Part shown: in pieces, positions 16,278 to 18,232 of the stretch
How positions within the stretch are numbered: the first letter of the stretch is position 1
Layout: every line of letters starts with the position of its first letter
Assembly (NCBI GenBank): GCA_037969075.1
Contig: JBBKWS010000059.1
Location: forward strand, 1 to 18,232
From: Bdellovibrionales bacterium
GTDB lineage: Bacteria > Bdellovibrionota > Bdellovibrionia > Bdellovibrionales > UBA840
DNA: 18,232 nt
Reading direction: 5' to 3'
Notes under the pieces: generated by a model
The model's database searches: none
What the model was told of the DNA's origin: nothing
Seen by the model: the letters and a program-made list of their open reading frames with translations, nothing else
Translations under genes and position numbers: made by a program

Positions 16278-17696
16278 CTATCCTCTAGCATTTTTACTTT
16301 TACCAAACTTCTTAGTAAACCAAGATCCTTTTTCAACTTTTTGAGAACTGGCCTTCTTACCGCTAAACTTTTTCTTTCCTTTGAAAGATCTTTTTTCAGC
16401 TGTGGGGCGACTTGGTTTATTGGTCAAATCATCTGGGTTCCATCTTGTATTTTCTATTGTACCTGGACGCTTTGAGAAAAAAGAACGCTTTGCCTTTCCT
16501 TCGTCTTCACGTGGGCGACGCGGAGTTTTATCTGTAGCTTTCTTTTTGCCGTATTTATTGGGTCTACCAGACAGAGCATTTTCTTTTTGTTGCTGCTTTA
16601 ACGTTTCTTTATACACCTCTGGATTATACAGCTTATTAATCCTTGCCCATTGATATTTATCTTCGGATAAAAGTAAACATAATGCTTTACCCTCGGCCCC
16701 AGCTCTAGCGGTACGGCCAATCCTGTGGATGTAATCTTCTGGGGATTGTGGAAGGTCATAGTTAACCACGAGTGAAATATGAGGAATATCAAGACCTCTA
16801 GCTATGATATCAGTTGCCACTAAGATTTTATACTTACCATCTCTAAATGCTTTGATAGCTGCATTTCTTTGACCCTGACTTCTATCTCCATGAATTCTAG
16901 TAACAGATTGTCTGCCATCTAATAAAAACTTTGATACTTTGTCAGCGCGTCCTCTGGTTCTGGTAAAAATTAATACTGAACCTTCACAGGCCTTAACTTC
17001 AGCCATCAACACATCGTTTTTAGTGGCGTTAGTTACTTCTCTAACATCTTGCTCAATCTTTTCTACCTTTTGATTGATTGGTCCAACAATAAGGCGAACT
17101 GGATTAGTAACATATTTTTTTGCTAGTTTCTCAATATCCGGAGGAACAGTGGCTGAGAAAAATAAAGTCTGTCTTTCTTTTGGTAGATAAGTAAGTATCT
17201 TTTCTAGTTGAGGAGTAAATCCCATATCCATCATTCGATCTGCTTCATCTAAAACAAGAAGAGATATGTTATTTAATGTTAAGTTTTTTTGCTGAAGGTG
17301 ATCCATCAAGCGCCCTGGAGTAGCAACGATTACCCTAGGGTTCTTTCGCAGCGACCGTATTTGACCCTGCATACTAGTGCCGCCAATTAACATGCTGATC
17401 GTCATATGTGGAGTATGAGCACTTAGTCTTCTGATCACATCTAAGATCTGAGCCGCTAACTCGCGTGTTGGAGCAAGTATAAGACCTGTTTTTTCTGGGT
17501 TCTCCATGGCTTGGGCAAGCATCGGTATACCGAATGCAGCGGTTTTTCCCGTCCCCGTCTGCGCTCCAGCTATAATATCTTTACCACTCATCACTAGTGG
17601 AATTGCTTTTTCTTGAATTTCTGTGGGAGTTTCAAACCCCATGGATACCAATGATTTTTGAATCTCTTCTGGAAGAGATATATCTTGAAACTTCAT
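16278..17696 (-). CDS. DEAD-box ATP-dependent RNA helicase (RhlE/CshA-like) with a basic C-terminal tail
   Basis: Q motif (GFETPTEIQ), AQTGTGKT, PTRELA, TPGRL, DEAD, SAT, HGD, ARGLD and YIHRIGRTARAG. ATG 17696 after AGGAG is preferred over the ORF-track start at 17843. Confidence 0.95.
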   Translation of the reverse strand: MKFQDISLPEEIQKSLVSMGFETPTEIQEKAIPLVMSGKDIIAGAQTGTGKTAAFGIPMLAQAMENPEKTGLILAPTRELAAQILDVIRRLSAHTPHMTISMLIGGTSMQGQIRSLRKNPRVIVATPGRLMDHLQQKNLTLNNISLLVLDEADRMMDMGFTPQLEKILTYLPKERQTLFFSATVPPDIEKLAKKYVTNPVRLIVGPINQKVEKIEQDVREVTNATKNDVLMAEVKACEGSVLIFTRTRGRADKVSKFLLDGRQSVTRIHGDRSQGQRNAAIKAFRDGKYKILVATDIIARGLDIPHISLVVNYDLPQSPEDYIHRIGRTARAGAEGKALCLLLSEDKYQWARINKLYNPEVYKETLKQQQKENALSGRPNKYGKKKATDKTPRRPREDEGKAKRSFFSKRPGTIENTRWNPDDLTNKPSRPTAEKRSFKGKKKFSGKKASSQKVEKGSWFTKKFGKSKNARG

Positions 17697-17863
17697 AATG
17701 CTCCTAAAGCCTGGGCCTAAAAAGAGATTATGGAGCACAATGGGACCACGACTCTTTGAAAGACTAATTTGTTGAAATATATAGCAAATTTTTAATCTAA
17801 AAGAAATAGCCCTAATACAGAATGTATTAAATGCAAGCCACAAAGAGTATGCGGCTCCCCTAC

Positions 17864-18232
17864 CTAACTATAGCTGAGTATAGTCATCCAGAGCGCCAAT
17901 ACAGCAACCCAGCCAAGCATATAAGATAGCATTCTTGGGTATATATTGGATAAAAATATATGGGCAAATGTGTGTATCACTCTTGTTACAACAAAAAGCC
18001 AAGCAAATAGGTAAATAGAGGCACTTGCTAAGTCCATATGTATTGCCAGCAAAAGTGTGGCGTAATAGATCACAGGAAGCTCGAATAGGTTAGTAAAATG
18101 TCTACTTGTTTTGATGATAAGTTCTGGAGCATCCCCCGCATAGGTTTTAAAATAACTAAATTTTACTGAGCCACTTTTTATTGCCGTTACACGAACATAA
18201 AACATAAACATCGCAACCAAAAATGTCAGTAG
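17864..18232 (-). CDS. MAPEG-family membrane protein, 5'-truncated at the window edge
   Basis: The frame is open to the right edge (LLTFLVAM...). R..A, NLFELPVIYY and AWLFVVTRVIHT are typical of bacterial MAPEG proteins. Confidence 0.8.
   Translation of the reverse strand, partial: LLTFLVAMFMFYVRVTAIKSGSVKFSYFKTYAGDAPELIIKTSRHFTNLFELPVIYYATLLLAIHMDLASASIYLFAWLFVVTRVIHTFAHIFLSNIYPRMLSYMLGWVAVLALWMTILSYS

Noticed and set aside
16278..16600. Lys/Arg-rich low-complexity helicase tail as a possible repeat or novel domain
   Set aside because: Basic disordered C-terminal tails are ordinary in bacterial DEAD-box helicases; no exact nucleotide repeat seen.
16381..16792. ORFs 16381-16653 (+) and 16598-16792 (-)
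   Set aside because: Antisense and alternate-frame ORFs inside the DEAD-box helicase; the main frame is intact, so there is no sign of a frameshift.
17697..17843. 49-aa N-terminal extension of the helicase in the ORF track (similar extensions at 2596, 4071, 13261 and 13802)
   Set aside because: Downstream ATGs have better RBSs and/or begin exactly at the domain or signal peptide.
1..18232. CRISPR array, tRNA/rRNA, IS or prophage, anti-phage defence system
   Set aside because: No regularly spaced repeats, no integrase, transposase or nuclease motifs, and every intergenic gap is under about 170 bp. The helicase, methyltransferases and kinase look like housekeeping families. Checked by eye only.

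Overview
AT-rich, gene-dense bacterial chromosomal window with about 21 CDSs; I saw no rRNA, tRNA, CRISPR array or mobile element. The gene mix (several small secreted hypotheticals, a stand-alone FecR protein, a TIGR01777-SRPBCC fusion) suggests Bdellovibrionota/Oligoflexia, but that is inference only. The left end holds a probable light/photo-oxidative-stress locus: a CarH/LitR-like MerR-cobalamin regulator is translationally coupled to a CinA-like gene and a DNA photolyase, and is divergent from a TIGR01777 SDR-SRPBCC fusion, with a palindrome over a good sigma70 -35. Next come a lipoprotein alpha-carbonic anhydrase homologue lacking two of three Zn-ligand histidines, a polar amino-acid ABC transporter, an ABC1/UbiB kinase, an RlmI/RlmM-like rRNA methyltransferase pair and a FecR/beta-barrel/membrane-anchored trio. 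The right part has msrA (possibly with two start sites), msrC (fRMsr), a DUF1543 protein, a SAM methyltransferase, a DEAD-box helicase and a partial MAPEG gene. The strongest leads are the non-canonical CarH-type locus, the pseudo-carbonic-anhydrase lipoprotein and the possible two-isoform MsrA. All calls come from reading motifs by eye; no searches were run.
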